Origin: Candidatus Electrothrix sp. GW3-4
Lineage (GTDB): Bacteria; Desulfobacterota; Desulfobulbia; Desulfobulbales; Desulfobulbaceae
Direction of reading: 5' to 3'
Length of the DNA: 32,000 nucleotides
Assembly (NCBI RefSeq): GCF_037902255.1
Contig: NZ_CP147990.1
Span: 1,440,001-1,472,000 of the forward strand
The translations under genes were made by a program, and so were the position numbers. Below are positions 1-9,071 of the stretch, piece by piece. The notes beneath the pieces were generated by a model that saw only the letters and a list, made by a program, of their open reading frames with translations, had not been told where the DNA came from and ran no database searches. Numbering within the stretch: the stretch's first letter is position 1; the number at the start of each line of letters is the position of its first letter.

Positions 1-203
1 GTAAGTCCCTTTTTTAGCCAGGTTACCTGAAGCGTCATTGATTAACATCAGGGGCCTAAAAAAGATCTATCTGTTTGACCTCTTTGGTCTTCTCGGGAAG
101 AAATGTCGGAAAATGCTGGACGAGTCCTCGAAAAGATTTTTTAAAGAAAGGAGGACGTGAGAGCATCGCATCGAATTATCTCGATATCTGGATGAGGAGA
201 GGG

Positions 204-240
204 CCCGAAGCAGGCAGAGGCGAGGAAACCCTGCTTCGGG
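204..240 (-). terminator. Hairpin downstream of the EF-G-like gene (possible terminator)
   Basis: Perfect 11-bp inverted repeat cccgaagcagg (204-214) / cctgcttcggg (230-240) with a 15-nt loop, about 20 nt past the stop codon at 260-262 on the minus strand. No U-tract follows, so intrinsic-terminator function is uncertain. Confidence 0.35.
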
Positions 241-259
241 AGAGGCTATAGGGAGAGGA

Positions 260-2323
260 TTATGCCGCCGCGTTATGCTCCGCAATAATTTTTTCAGAAA
301 TATGTGCTGGCACCTCTTCGTAATGAGAAAACCAGACCCGGAAGGAACCGCGTCCACCGGTCATGGAGGTCAGGTCCGGGGCATAGTGCTGGATTTCGGC
401 CTGGGGAACCTGGGCCCTGACCAGTTCGTATTTCCTGGCAGTGTCCATCCCTAAGACTCGGCCCCTCCTGGAATTGAGGTCGCCCATTATGTCACCCACA
501 TGATCCTTATCCACCTGGATCTCCATCTCCATGATCGGCTCCAGCAGGACCGGATTGGCCTCTCTTACCCCTTTCTTAAAGGCCAGCGAGCCAGCGATTT
601 TAAAGGCCATTTCTGAAGAGTCCACATTGTGAAAGGAACCGTCAATCAGGGTAACCTTGAGGCCCTCAAAGGGATAGCCTGCAATGACGCCTTTCTCCAT
701 GGCCTCGAGGATACCCTTTTCCACCGCCGGACGGTATTGTTGGGGAATAACCCCACCGACAATCTTGTCGATAAATTCAAAATGCTCACCGTTATGGAGG
801 GGCTCCAGCTCAACTGTACAGTCGCCGTACTGCCCGCGTCCGCCAGACTGTTTTTTATGTTTACCCTGGGCCGTTGCCTTGCTCTTGAGGGTCTCCCGAT
901 AGGGAATTTGGGGCTGCGCCAGCTCCATCTCCACAGAGAACTTCCGTTTCAGCTTATCCTTCAGGGCATCAAGATGGACCTGGCCTACACCGGAAATCAG
1001 GACCTCATGGGTCTGAGGCTCACGGGTCATCTTAAGGGTAGGGTCTTCATCAAGCAGGCGCGTGAGCACAGAGAAAAGTTTTTCCTCATCTTTTTCATGG
1101 GTTGCATTAACGGCATAGGAGATGACCGCAGGCATGGGCTCAGGACGTTCATAGAGGATAGGCGCGTTCTGGTCACAGAGGGTATCGCCGGTTTCAGTCT
1201 CTTTGAGCTTTGTCACAGCGACAATCATGCCGGGAACAGCGCTGTCAATCTGTTTCTGTTCCTTGCCCTGCATGAGAAAAAGATGGCCGAAACGTTCGGC
1301 CTCCCCTTTGCTGCTATTATAAAAGCTATCCCCCTCCAAGGTGCCGGAGAGGACCCGGAAGATGGTCAGGCGACCGGCAAAGGGGTCAGCCATGGTCTTG
1401 AAGACCTGGGCAGAGAAAGGCGCATCAGTGTTTCCGGCCCGTTCAATCAGGTCCTTTGATGCCGGATCGGTTCCAATGGTTGCTGGGCGCTGATCCGGGG
1501 AGGGGAGGAGTTTGGTAACAGCATCAAGTAACAAAGAGCTGCCCGCGTTATGCAGGGCTGAACAGGGGAGGACCGGGGCAATCTTGCCCTGGCGAACCCC
1601 GGCGATCAGGCCGGAGAACAGTTCTTCCTGGGGGAGCTCTCCTTCCTCCAGGAATATTTCGATCAAATCATCATCGGTTTCCGCCACATACTCCATCATA
1701 TTTTCCCGCCGGGTCGCTGCCTCGTCTACCAGCTCTTCCGGTATCTCGCCTTGTTCAACTGAACCGTCCACTTGGAAAAAGAGGGCCTCCTGATTGATAA
1801 TATCGACCACGCCCTTGAATTCCTTTTCCTGCCCGATAGGAAGGTAGAGAACCACCGGGTTGAGATCAAACTCCTCCTTGATTTCATCCACAGTCTTTTG
1901 GAAATTGGAGCGCTCCCTGTCAATCTTGGTGATGCAGATCAGGCAGGGCAGCTGTCGATTCTGGACAAGATCGACAAAATGCTCGGTCTGATTGCGCACC
2001 CCAAGCACGGAGCCAACGGTGAGGATGGCACTGTCCGCAACAAGGGAGGCGAATTTGGCCTCATTAAAGAAATTATCATCACCGGGTGTGTCGGCCAGGA
2101 AGATTTGCTGCTTCTTCCAGGTAAAATGATTACATGCCGTACTGATTGATATCTGCCGTTTTATCTCTTCTTCCTCAAAATCCATGGCAGTGGTGCCGTC
2201 ATCCACCTTGCCGAGTCGGTTGATGGCACCGGCAGTGAAAAGCAGGGCCTCTGCAAGGGTTGTCTTGCCGCTGTTGCCATGGCCAAGGATGACAGTATTC
2301 CTGATCTGTTTGACATCGTACAT
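260..2323 (-). CDS. EF-G family translational GTPase (EF-G2-like paralog)
   Basis: 687-aa ORF. G motifs are GHGNSGKT (P-loop), DTPG (G3) and TKID (G4, an NKxD variant). The length and C-terminal region fit EF-G domains III-V. GGAGG lies 5 nt upstream of ATG 2323. Confidence 0.85.
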   Translation of the reverse strand: MYDVKQIRNTVILGHGNSGKTTLAEALLFTAGAINRLGKVDDGTTAMDFEEEEIKRQISISTACNHFTWKKQQIFLADTPGDDNFFNEAKFASLVADSAILTVGSVLGVRNQTEHFVDLVQNRQLPCLICITKIDRERSNFQKTVDEIKEEFDLNPVVLYLPIGQEKEFKGVVDIINQEALFFQVDGSVEQGEIPEELVDEAATRRENMMEYVAETDDDLIEIFLEEGELPQEELFSGLIAGVRQGKIAPVLPCSALHNAGSSLLLDAVTKLLPSPDQRPATIGTDPASKDLIERAGNTDAPFSAQVFKTMADPFAGRLTIFRVLSGTLEGDSFYNSSKGEAERFGHLFLMQGKEQKQIDSAVPGMIVAVTKLKETETGDTLCDQNAPILYERPEPMPAVISYAVNATHEKDEEKLFSVLTRLLDEDPTLKMTREPQTHEVLISGVGQVHLDALKDKLKRKFSVEMELAQPQIPYRETLKSKATAQGKHKKQSGGRGQYGDCTVELEPLHNGEHFEFIDKIVGGVIPQQYRPAVEKGILEAMEKGVIAGYPFEGLKVTLIDGSFHNVDSSEMAFKIAGSLAFKKGVREANPVLLEPIMEMEIQVDKDHVGDIMGDLNSRRGRVLGMDTARKYELVRAQVPQAEIQHYAPDLTSMTGGRGSFRVWFSHYEEVPAHISEKIIAEHNAAA

Positions 2324-2560
2324 GTAAACCTCCGGTGACCGGGTGCTGAAATTAATGATGAACAGGGGGATACCAAGCTGTTTCCCTGATGACGAAAAAG
2401 AAAGGATTGCTAAGCGAAAAAAGCTTTCTCTTTTGCGCCGGGAATGGTAACCATTTGTCGTTTTTCCTGAAAAACGATATCGTTATAGCATTCTATATAT
2501 TCTTATTATCTTTGTAAAGTCAAGTCTTATGACCGACTCATCATGAAGGGAAGATAACCC

Positions 2561-4162
2561 ATGGTAAAAAAACGAGAAACAGCAGGTAGTTCCACAGGAA
2601 AGATAGCACGATCCGCCGGGGCAGTGAGTATAGCGGTGATGTGCAGCCGGGTTCTTGGTCTGGTGCGGGAACAGGTCTTTGCTGGCCTATTCGGGGCAGG
2701 ATACGCCTACGATGCCTTTGTGGTGGCCTTCCGTATCCCTAACCTGCTCAGGGATCTCTTTGGGGAAGGGGCCCTGTCTGCCGCCTTTGTCACGGTTTTT
2801 TCCGATTATGATACCAATAAGGGCTCAGAGGCCACTTGGCAACTGGCCTCCAATGTCTTGGTCTTTATTGCTATCTTGCTGAGCACCATTACCCTGCTTG
2901 GGATGTTCTTTGCTGAGCCTGTTGTCCATCTCTTGGCCCCTGATTTTAATGCTGTGGCCGGTAAGACTGCTCTGACCGTCTGGTTGACCCGGATCATGTT
3001 TCCCTTTCTTGTCTTTGTGGCCCTGGCAGCCGTGGTTATGGGGATGTTGAACACTAAGGGGAAGTTCTTTGTCCCGGCCATCTCTTCCTCCTTCTTCAAC
3101 CTGGGCTCCATTATCGGCGGGACCTCCCTGGCCCTGCTGCTCCCCAAATTTGGTATGCCTGCCATTGTTGGGATGGCCTGGGGAACCTTGGTCGGCGGCC
3201 TGCTCCAGCTCTCGGTCCAGCTGCCCAGCCTGTGGAAGACCGGTTTTCGTTTCAAGCCCCAACTCAACCTGGGCGATCCCGGCCTACGGCGAATACTCTG
3301 GCTGATGCTGCCTGCCACTATTGGCCTGTCTGCCACCCAGATCAATATTTTTGTCAATACCAACTTTGCCTCAAGCTGTATGGAAGGCTCTGTTTCCTGG
3401 TTGAACTATGCCTTTCGTATGGTCCAGTTACCCATCGGCGTGTTTGGGGTGGCCTTTTCCATTGCTGCCATGCCAGTGCTGGCCCGCCATGCGGCGGAGA
3501 AGGATACGGACGGCCTACGCAAGACCTTTGCCTCCTCGCTGGTCATGGTCTTCAGCCTGACCATCCCGGCCACGGTAGGGTTGATCCTCTTGTCCCGACC
3601 CATTATCCGCCTCATCTTTGAGCATGGGGCTTTTACCGCAGCCGACACCCTGCGCACGGCCCAGGCCCTGACCTGCTATGCCTATGGCCTGTTTGCCTAC
3701 TCAGCGGTCAAGATCATGGTCCCGGTCTTTTATGCCCTTAATGATACCAAGTACCCAGTCATTGCCTCCTTTATCGCCGTGGTGGCCAATATCATCTTTA
3801 TCACTTTGACCATTGATATCTTTTCTTTTCGAACGATTGCCCTATCCACGTCCTGTTCCATGGGCCTGAATTTTCTCTTTCTCGGTACGGTGCTGTACCG
3901 CAAGCTGACCGGCTTTTCTCTGGGCTATCTGGCAAGGGGGGTGCTGAAGATCCTGCTGGCCAGTATGGCGATGGGTTTGGGGGTGGTTGGCCTGAAGCGG
4001 GTGCTGGCACCGTTGCTTGCAGGTGGAATTCCCTTGCAGCTGGCAGGGGTTTTTGCGGTGATCGGCTGTGCGGCCCTGCTTTATGGTGTTGTCCTCCATC
4101 TGCTCAAGCTGCCCGAGTTTGACGAGGTGACTGGTAAGATCAGGCTGCGATTTTGGAGGTAA
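2561..4162 (+). CDS. murJ: Lipid II flippase MurJ (MviN family)
   Basis: 533-aa polytopic protein. The N-terminal signature SRVLGLVREQVFAGLFGAG..DAFVVAFRIPNLLRDLFGEGALSAAFV is typical of MurJ/MviN, and it is hydrophobic throughout (about 14 TM segments). Confidence 0.9.
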   Translation: MVKKRETAGSSTGKIARSAGAVSIAVMCSRVLGLVREQVFAGLFGAGYAYDAFVVAFRIPNLLRDLFGEGALSAAFVTVFSDYDTNKGSEATWQLASNVLVFIAILLSTITLLGMFFAEPVVHLLAPDFNAVAGKTALTVWLTRIMFPFLVFVALAAVVMGMLNTKGKFFVPAISSSFFNLGSIIGGTSLALLLPKFGMPAIVGMAWGTLVGGLLQLSVQLPSLWKTGFRFKPQLNLGDPGLRRILWLMLPATIGLSATQINIFVNTNFASSCMEGSVSWLNYAFRMVQLPIGVFGVAFSIAAMPVLARHAAEKDTDGLRKTFASSLVMVFSLTIPATVGLILLSRPIIRLIFEHGAFTAADTLRTAQALTCYAYGLFAYSAVKIMVPVFYALNDTKYPVIASFIAVVANIIFITLTIDIFSFRTIALSTSCSMGLNFLFLGTVLYRKLTGFSLGYLARGVLKILLASMAMGLGVVGLKRVLAPLLAGGIPLQLAGVFAVIGCAALLYGVVLHLLKLPEFDEVTGKIRLRFWR

Positions 4163-4315
4163 GGTGCTCATGTTTCGTTATTCAGGGGTATAGTTGATGC
4201 CGGATAGAAACGATTCGTCCTGGATTTATAACGTCATTTACGAGTATACTGTTTGTAACGATCCCCGCAGGATCTCACGAAATTGCAGAATATTGCATTC
4301 AATAAGGAGGATACA

Positions 4316-5779
4316 ATGGGAACGAGAAAAAAATATCTTGCTATAAAGAAAGCTGCCTCTTTAACTCTCTTTCTATTACTGACTGTGGTGCCATTCGTGC
4401 AGGCAGAAAATGGTGTTACCGGTCGTTTCTCGATTCTTTGGGGCGACGGTTATCCCGGTTCAGGTGAGGAGGCTATCCACTATACCCTCACAGATAGTTC
4501 CGGGCAAATCCTCACGCTGAATATTGACGAGGAACTGGGGCAATCGTTGGGCGGTGTGCTGGCATTCAATAACAGAGATATTGAGGTGCAAGGGAGTTGG
4601 GGGATATCTTATCCCGGACAGAGCAGATCTGCTGCCCTGGATGTAACTTCTATGCAGCTGCTTTCCTCAGCATTGCCTCGGAATTCTCAATATTTCGAGG
4701 ATGAGATGAATACTGCGCCGCTTGTCAGCGGTTCTAAGCCCTGGGTGTCCATCATGTGCAAATTTTCCGATTATGCGGACGAGCCCAAGGATCTTGCCTA
4801 TTTTCAGGGTATGTACGCAGATGTATATCCTGGTATGGACCATTACTGGCGTGAGGTGTCGTACAACACTATTGACATTGCAGGCAGCACGGCCTATGGC
4901 TGGTTTACACTGCCCCAGCCGGAATCATATTATAACCCGACAGATACTCAGGGTGGAACAGACCGAGCTCTGCTGGCCACTGACTGCATTGCCGCTGCCG
5001 ATGCCAGTGTGGATTTCTCTCTCTACGCCGGTATCAACATGATGTTCAATACAAACTTTGACAATGGCTATGCCTGGGGCGGCAGCCGCTATATGACGTT
5101 AGACGGGGTGAGCAAATCCTGGTACACGACTTGGGAGCCGCCCTGGGGATATTCTGCTATTGCAGTTATTGCTCATGAGATGGGGCATGGATTCGGTCTG
5201 CCCCATTCTTCCGGTGCCTATGGGGAAACCTACGATAATGTTTGGGATGTGATGAGTGACACCTGGACCAACTGTGGTAATTCAACCGATGCGACCTACG
5301 GTTGCCTAGGACAGCATACTATTTCATATCATAAAGATCGGCTGGGCTGGATTCCCTCGTCGCAGAAATTTGTGGATGATGGGAATGGCGCCCTTTTGAC
5401 ATTGGATCATATTGCCTTGGCCTCAATAACAAATTATAGAATGGTTCAGATTCCGATTGATGGCTCGTCCACTCATTTCTATACAGTCGAAGTGCGGGAG
5501 AAAAGCGGATACGATGTAAAGCTTCCCGGCAATGCAGTCATTATTCACGAAGTTGATACAACTCGTTCTCGTCCGGCCTATGTGGTGGATTCGGATGGCA
5601 ATGGAGATACTGGAGATGATGGTGCAATGTGGATTGAGGGAGAAGTTTTTACCGACGCAATATACGGCATTACGGTCGAGATGGTTTCCGTCACGCCGAA
5701 CGGATTTCAGGTGGCTATCAACCGGCAATCTGATGTCAATATTGTTCCTATCCTGAAGATGCTGTTGCTGAAGCAATAG
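4316..5779 (+). CDS. Secreted zinc metalloprotease (metzincin-type HExxHxxGxxH)
   Basis: The ORF track starts at TTG 4283, but ATG 4316 is preceded by AAGGAGG (4304-4310). The N-terminal signal peptide is KKYLAIKKAASLTLFLLLTVVPFVQA|E. The zinc motif is HEMGHGFGLPH. The subfamily is not resolvable by eye. Confidence 0.75.
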   Translation: MGTRKKYLAIKKAASLTLFLLLTVVPFVQAENGVTGRFSILWGDGYPGSGEEAIHYTLTDSSGQILTLNIDEELGQSLGGVLAFNNRDIEVQGSWGISYPGQSRSAALDVTSMQLLSSALPRNSQYFEDEMNTAPLVSGSKPWVSIMCKFSDYADEPKDLAYFQGMYADVYPGMDHYWREVSYNTIDIAGSTAYGWFTLPQPESYYNPTDTQGGTDRALLATDCIAAADASVDFSLYAGINMMFNTNFDNGYAWGGSRYMTLDGVSKSWYTTWEPPWGYSAIAVIAHEMGHGFGLPHSSGAYGETYDNVWDVMSDTWTNCGNSTDATYGCLGQHTISYHKDRLGWIPSSQKFVDDGNGALLTLDHIALASITNYRMVQIPIDGSSTHFYTVEVREKSGYDVKLPGNAVIIHEVDTTRSRPAYVVDSDGNGDTGDDGAMWIEGEVFTDAIYGITVEMVSVTPNGFQVAINRQSDVNIVPILKMLLLKQ

Positions 5780-5972
5780 AGTTGTTCCTTAATAACTTCC
5801 GAGCTCACAAAAACAGCCTCTTAAAAAACGAAAAATGGGCCTGCAAGCTTATATAGGAACAAGTCTAATAGAAAGTTAGCCTTTTTGTGCGTCTCAAGTA
5901 TCCTTTTCGTGAGATATTTCCTTGCGACGTTTTATTACTCCGGCAGGAGGTTTTAGCCCGCCGATTTTGATG

Positions 5973-5993
5973 CCACCAGCTTTTAGCTGGTGG
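5973..5993. terminator. Hairpin between the convergent protease and gspF genes
   Basis: ccaccagc-tttta-gctggtgg (8-bp stem) followed by ttcttc on the plus strand. It sits between two convergent stop codons (5779 and 5998). The T-tract is weak. Confidence 0.35.
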
Positions 5994-5997
5994 TTCT

Positions 5998-7236
5998 TCA
6001 CTTAATAAGCTGATTCATCTCAAAGATCGGCAGGAGAATAGAGATGACAATAAAGCTGACTGCCACACCCATGACCAGGATCATGATGGGCTCAATCATT
6101 GAGGTCATGGCCATGACCTTGGTCTCTACTTCCTTCTCATAGCTGTCCGCCGCCTTTTCCAGCATTTTTTCCAGGGAACCGCTCTGCTCCCCCACCGCAA
6201 TCATCTGGACAAGCATGGGGGTGAAGTACTTATTGCCGCGCAGAACGCTGGACAGGCTCTTTCCTTTTTCTAGCTCTTCAGCAGCCATATCCATCACGTC
6301 GGCTAACAGCACATTATCGAGGATATTTTTGACGATCTGCAATGAGGTGATCAAGGGGACACCGGATTGCAGCAGGCTGGACATGGTGCGCCCCAGGGTG
6401 GCGGCGGCAATTTTTATATTCAGATCCTTGAGCACAGGAAAAGAGAGCTTGAGGGTATCCCAGATCCGCTGGCCCTTGGGTTGTTGGATAAAAAAACGGA
6501 TACCTATGATCAGGCCAATAATCAGGAAGGCCAAAATAATCCAGTAATTCTGGAGAAAATCACTGAGACTGATCAGGATTGTTGTTGGCAGGGGCAGGGC
6601 CTGATCTCGGTCAGTAAAGACCTTGGTGATGGAGGGTACAATAAAGGTGATCAGCAGGAAGAGGACGCCGATTCCTACTAGGGCCATAAAGATCGGGTAG
6701 ATAAGGGCCGCAGCGATCCTGGAACGCATGGCCTGCTGGCGTTCCCCAACCTCGGCCAAGCGCTCAAGGACTACATCCAGGGAGCCTGAGGCCTCGCCCG
6801 CCTGGACCATATTGACGTAGATCTTGGAAAAGAGACGGGGATGTTCTGCCAGCGATGAGGTCAGGGAATTGCCTTCATTGACCGAATCCTTGATCTGGGT
6901 GATCTTGGTCTGCAAGGTCTTATTGCTGGTCTGCTCAACGAGGCCACTCAGGGCCGGAACCAGGGGAATACCTGCACCGAGCAGGGTGGCGAGCTGGCGG
7001 GTCGCCACATGGATCTCCTGCTGCTTGATCCGGGAACCGAATTGCAGGGAGAGGGCGTTTTTTTTCTCAGCCTCTTTTTTCCCTCGTCTGCCCCGAGGAA
7101 CGGTTTCTTTGATCTCAACCGGATAGCTGCCGTCCTTGCGGATTTTTTGCCGGGCCGCTGAAATGGAGTCGGCATCCAGTACTCCTTTCTGTTTTTTTCC
7201 CTGCGCATTCAGGGCGGTGTATTCGTAAACAGGCAT
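5998..7236 (-). CDS. gspF: Type II secretion / type IV pilus platform protein (GspF/PilC family)
   Basis: 412 aa. The N-terminus MPVYEYTALNAQGKKQKGVLDADSISAARQKIRKDGSYPVEIKE matches the GspF-type N-terminus as I recall it. It has the two-repeat cytoplasmic-domain plus 3-TM architecture (LATLLGAGIPLV.. / LGRTMSSLLQSGVPLI..). No GspE/PilB ATPase is adjacent. Confidence 0.85.
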   Translation of the reverse strand: MPVYEYTALNAQGKKQKGVLDADSISAARQKIRKDGSYPVEIKETVPRGRRGKKEAEKKNALSLQFGSRIKQQEIHVATRQLATLLGAGIPLVPALSGLVEQTSNKTLQTKITQIKDSVNEGNSLTSSLAEHPRLFSKIYVNMVQAGEASGSLDVVLERLAEVGERQQAMRSRIAAALIYPIFMALVGIGVLFLLITFIVPSITKVFTDRDQALPLPTTILISLSDFLQNYWIILAFLIIGLIIGIRFFIQQPKGQRIWDTLKLSFPVLKDLNIKIAAATLGRTMSSLLQSGVPLITSLQIVKNILDNVLLADVMDMAAEELEKGKSLSSVLRGNKYFTPMLVQMIAVGEQSGSLEKMLEKAADSYEKEVETKVMAMTSMIEPIMILVMGVAVSFIVISILLPIFEMNQLIK

Positions 7237-7370
7237 TATGAGACGTAGAGTTGGGGCTGAAGAAAATTTTTCAGGGATTCAATAAGAAATCTTTTATCCC
7301 TTATACCGAGCAGGTAGGTCTGCTCCTGCGACACTGCACTGAAAGGGAATTTTATTTTGTGAAGAATTCC

Positions 7371-9068
7371 TTAGCGAAACCTGACTTGATAAAGAATATA
7401 GTTGAGATGTGAATACACTGCAATCAAATGGTTGCTGTTGAACTGATTCCAGAGTTTTTGTTGACCGGGTTCTGCGCTCTTGAGCCACTGCACCATGAGA
7501 TCTGCTCGGATAATAAGATGAGTTATTCCTTGATGTTGAAGGTTTTCCTGGAGCGTCTCAATATCGCTCTCCGGTTGCTGAAGCCAAGAGAGGAGGAGGT
7601 CGTGATTCCCGTAAGAATCAAAAATATGTTTTTTGTCCAGGTAATATCCCCGTGATCCTAGAAAAAGACAGAGTATTTTTGCGGAATCCGAGAGATTTTT
7701 ATTCGCATACTGCATGACCGGATATTCCGGGATCTTTCTGTTTAGATATTCATCTCTGGTCAGGCGGCCTGTGATATAGCTGAACGGATCAACATCCTTG
7801 AATTGTTTCCCGATATAACTGGCGTTCCAGAGAAGGAGCAGGCAGACTGTCAGCGGCCAGACCAGCTGAACTAAGCCGCTTTTCTTTGCATATTTTTCAG
7901 ACAATTTTTTTAGGTTGTTGAGCCCGTAGATGGAGAGGATAACCAGAAAGGGCACTATCGGTACTAAATAGCGGATGCGCAGGACACCGGTGTTAAAGGC
8001 AAAGAGAAAATAGAAAAGAGAAAAGGCCGCCAGCGTCGCTTTTTCAAGACGAGGCTGCTTCTTCTCCTGCCTGATACCCAGAAAACTGAGGAGCGGGAGG
8101 AAGAAGAGAAAGGGATTGAGGCGACCGTCAAAATAACGGGGATCATTATCCTGGCCTTCAAAGAAGATCCGGACAGGGAGGAGAAGAAGTTGCCAGATAT
8201 TTTCCTGGTAGAGTACGTATCTTGTGGCGAAAACGCCCCGGGCACCGCTGCTGACTTGCTCAGCATTGTTTTCTTCGTTTTCTTTGACTTGGTGCTCTGT
8301 CGGTGCCGGAGAAGCTGTTGGATTAAAGAACCCATTATAGAGTGGATAGAGGGGATTGCCGGTCCAGACAGCGTTTCTGATCAGGCAGGGTGAGGCAGTG
8401 AGCAAGGCTGCAAGGCAGAACAGGACGGCTGCCTTTACTGCCGCAGGAGCAGTCCCCTGTTTTTGCTCCTGGGTTCTGATGAACAGAATCGGTAGGATAA
8501 AGGTAAGAATAAACAGTACCAGCAGGCCGTTATATTTGGTGCCGATTCCTAAACCACAACAGATGCCCGCCAGCAGCAGATCACGCGGTTGTTTTGTTTC
8601 CAGCCATCGAAAGAGCAGGAGCAGGGCCGCAGTGCTGAAAAAAACAAGCCCGAGATCCACATAGACCGTGATAGATAGCTTGACGATGATCGGGATACTG
8701 AGAAAAAATAGGGCCCCCAGCAGCCCGTAAGTGGCGGATAAGCGTTTTTTCAGGTGGAGATAGAGAAGTAGAGCTGTACCGAGCCCGAAAAATATGTGAA
8801 TGTACTTGGCTAGGATATCGCTGCCAAGAGAAAGCGCCCCCATGTACAAGAGGTCGAGGTTCATGGGGTAGTAGGAGAAGACCAGCTCTGGGATCTCGTA
8901 GATGCCCCCATGTTGGAGGTAGAGTTTCGGGAGCTGGAGATGATGGATCAAGGCATCCCGACTGAAGGGAGGTGTGCAAGCCAGCACGGCAAGACTGACA
9001 AGTAGGCCTCCAAATAATATCCTGATAAGGATAAGAAACCCGCGTTTTTGGGAGACAGGATAGTGCAA
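7371..9068 (-). CDS. Polytopic GT-C-type glycosyltransferase (ArnT/PMT_2-like), putative
   Basis: 565 aa with a TTG start 3 nt after the upstream stop. There are about 12 TM segments over roughly 390 aa, then a soluble domain of about 170 aa. An acidic residue sits in the first loop (PPFSRDALIHH) and a GIGTKYNG motif resembles phospholipid-carrier-dependent glycosyltransferases. The family call rests on architecture and motifs only. Confidence 0.55.
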   Translation of the reverse strand: MHYPVSQKRGFLILIRILFGGLLVSLAVLACTPPFSRDALIHHLQLPKLYLQHGGIYEIPELVFSYYPMNLDLLYMGALSLGSDILAKYIHIFFGLGTALLLYLHLKKRLSATYGLLGALFFLSIPIIVKLSITVYVDLGLVFFSTAALLLLFRWLETKQPRDLLLAGICCGLGIGTKYNGLLVLFILTFILPILFIRTQEQKQGTAPAAVKAAVLFCLAALLTASPCLIRNAVWTGNPLYPLYNGFFNPTASPAPTEHQVKENEENNAEQVSSGARGVFATRYVLYQENIWQLLLLPVRIFFEGQDNDPRYFDGRLNPFLFFLPLLSFLGIRQEKKQPRLEKATLAAFSLFYFLFAFNTGVLRIRYLVPIVPFLVILSIYGLNNLKKLSEKYAKKSGLVQLVWPLTVCLLLLWNASYIGKQFKDVDPFSYITGRLTRDEYLNRKIPEYPVMQYANKNLSDSAKILCLFLGSRGYYLDKKHIFDSYGNHDLLLSWLQQPESDIETLQENLQHQGITHLIIRADLMVQWLKSAEPGQQKLWNQFNSNHLIAVYSHLNYILYQVRFR

Positions 9069-9071
9069 TGA

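Noticed and set aside
67-357. 96-aa minus-strand ORF at the left edge
   Set aside because: It overlaps the 3' end of the well-supported EF-G-like gene in another frame. Its sequence is low-complexity and Arg/Ser-rich, with no RBS or motif, so it is most likely spurious.
629-1459. 276-aa plus-strand ORF
   Set aside because: It lies entirely antisense to the EF-G-like CDS, whose GTPase motifs fix the true frame and strand. Shadow ORFs of this kind are typical of GC-rich third positions.
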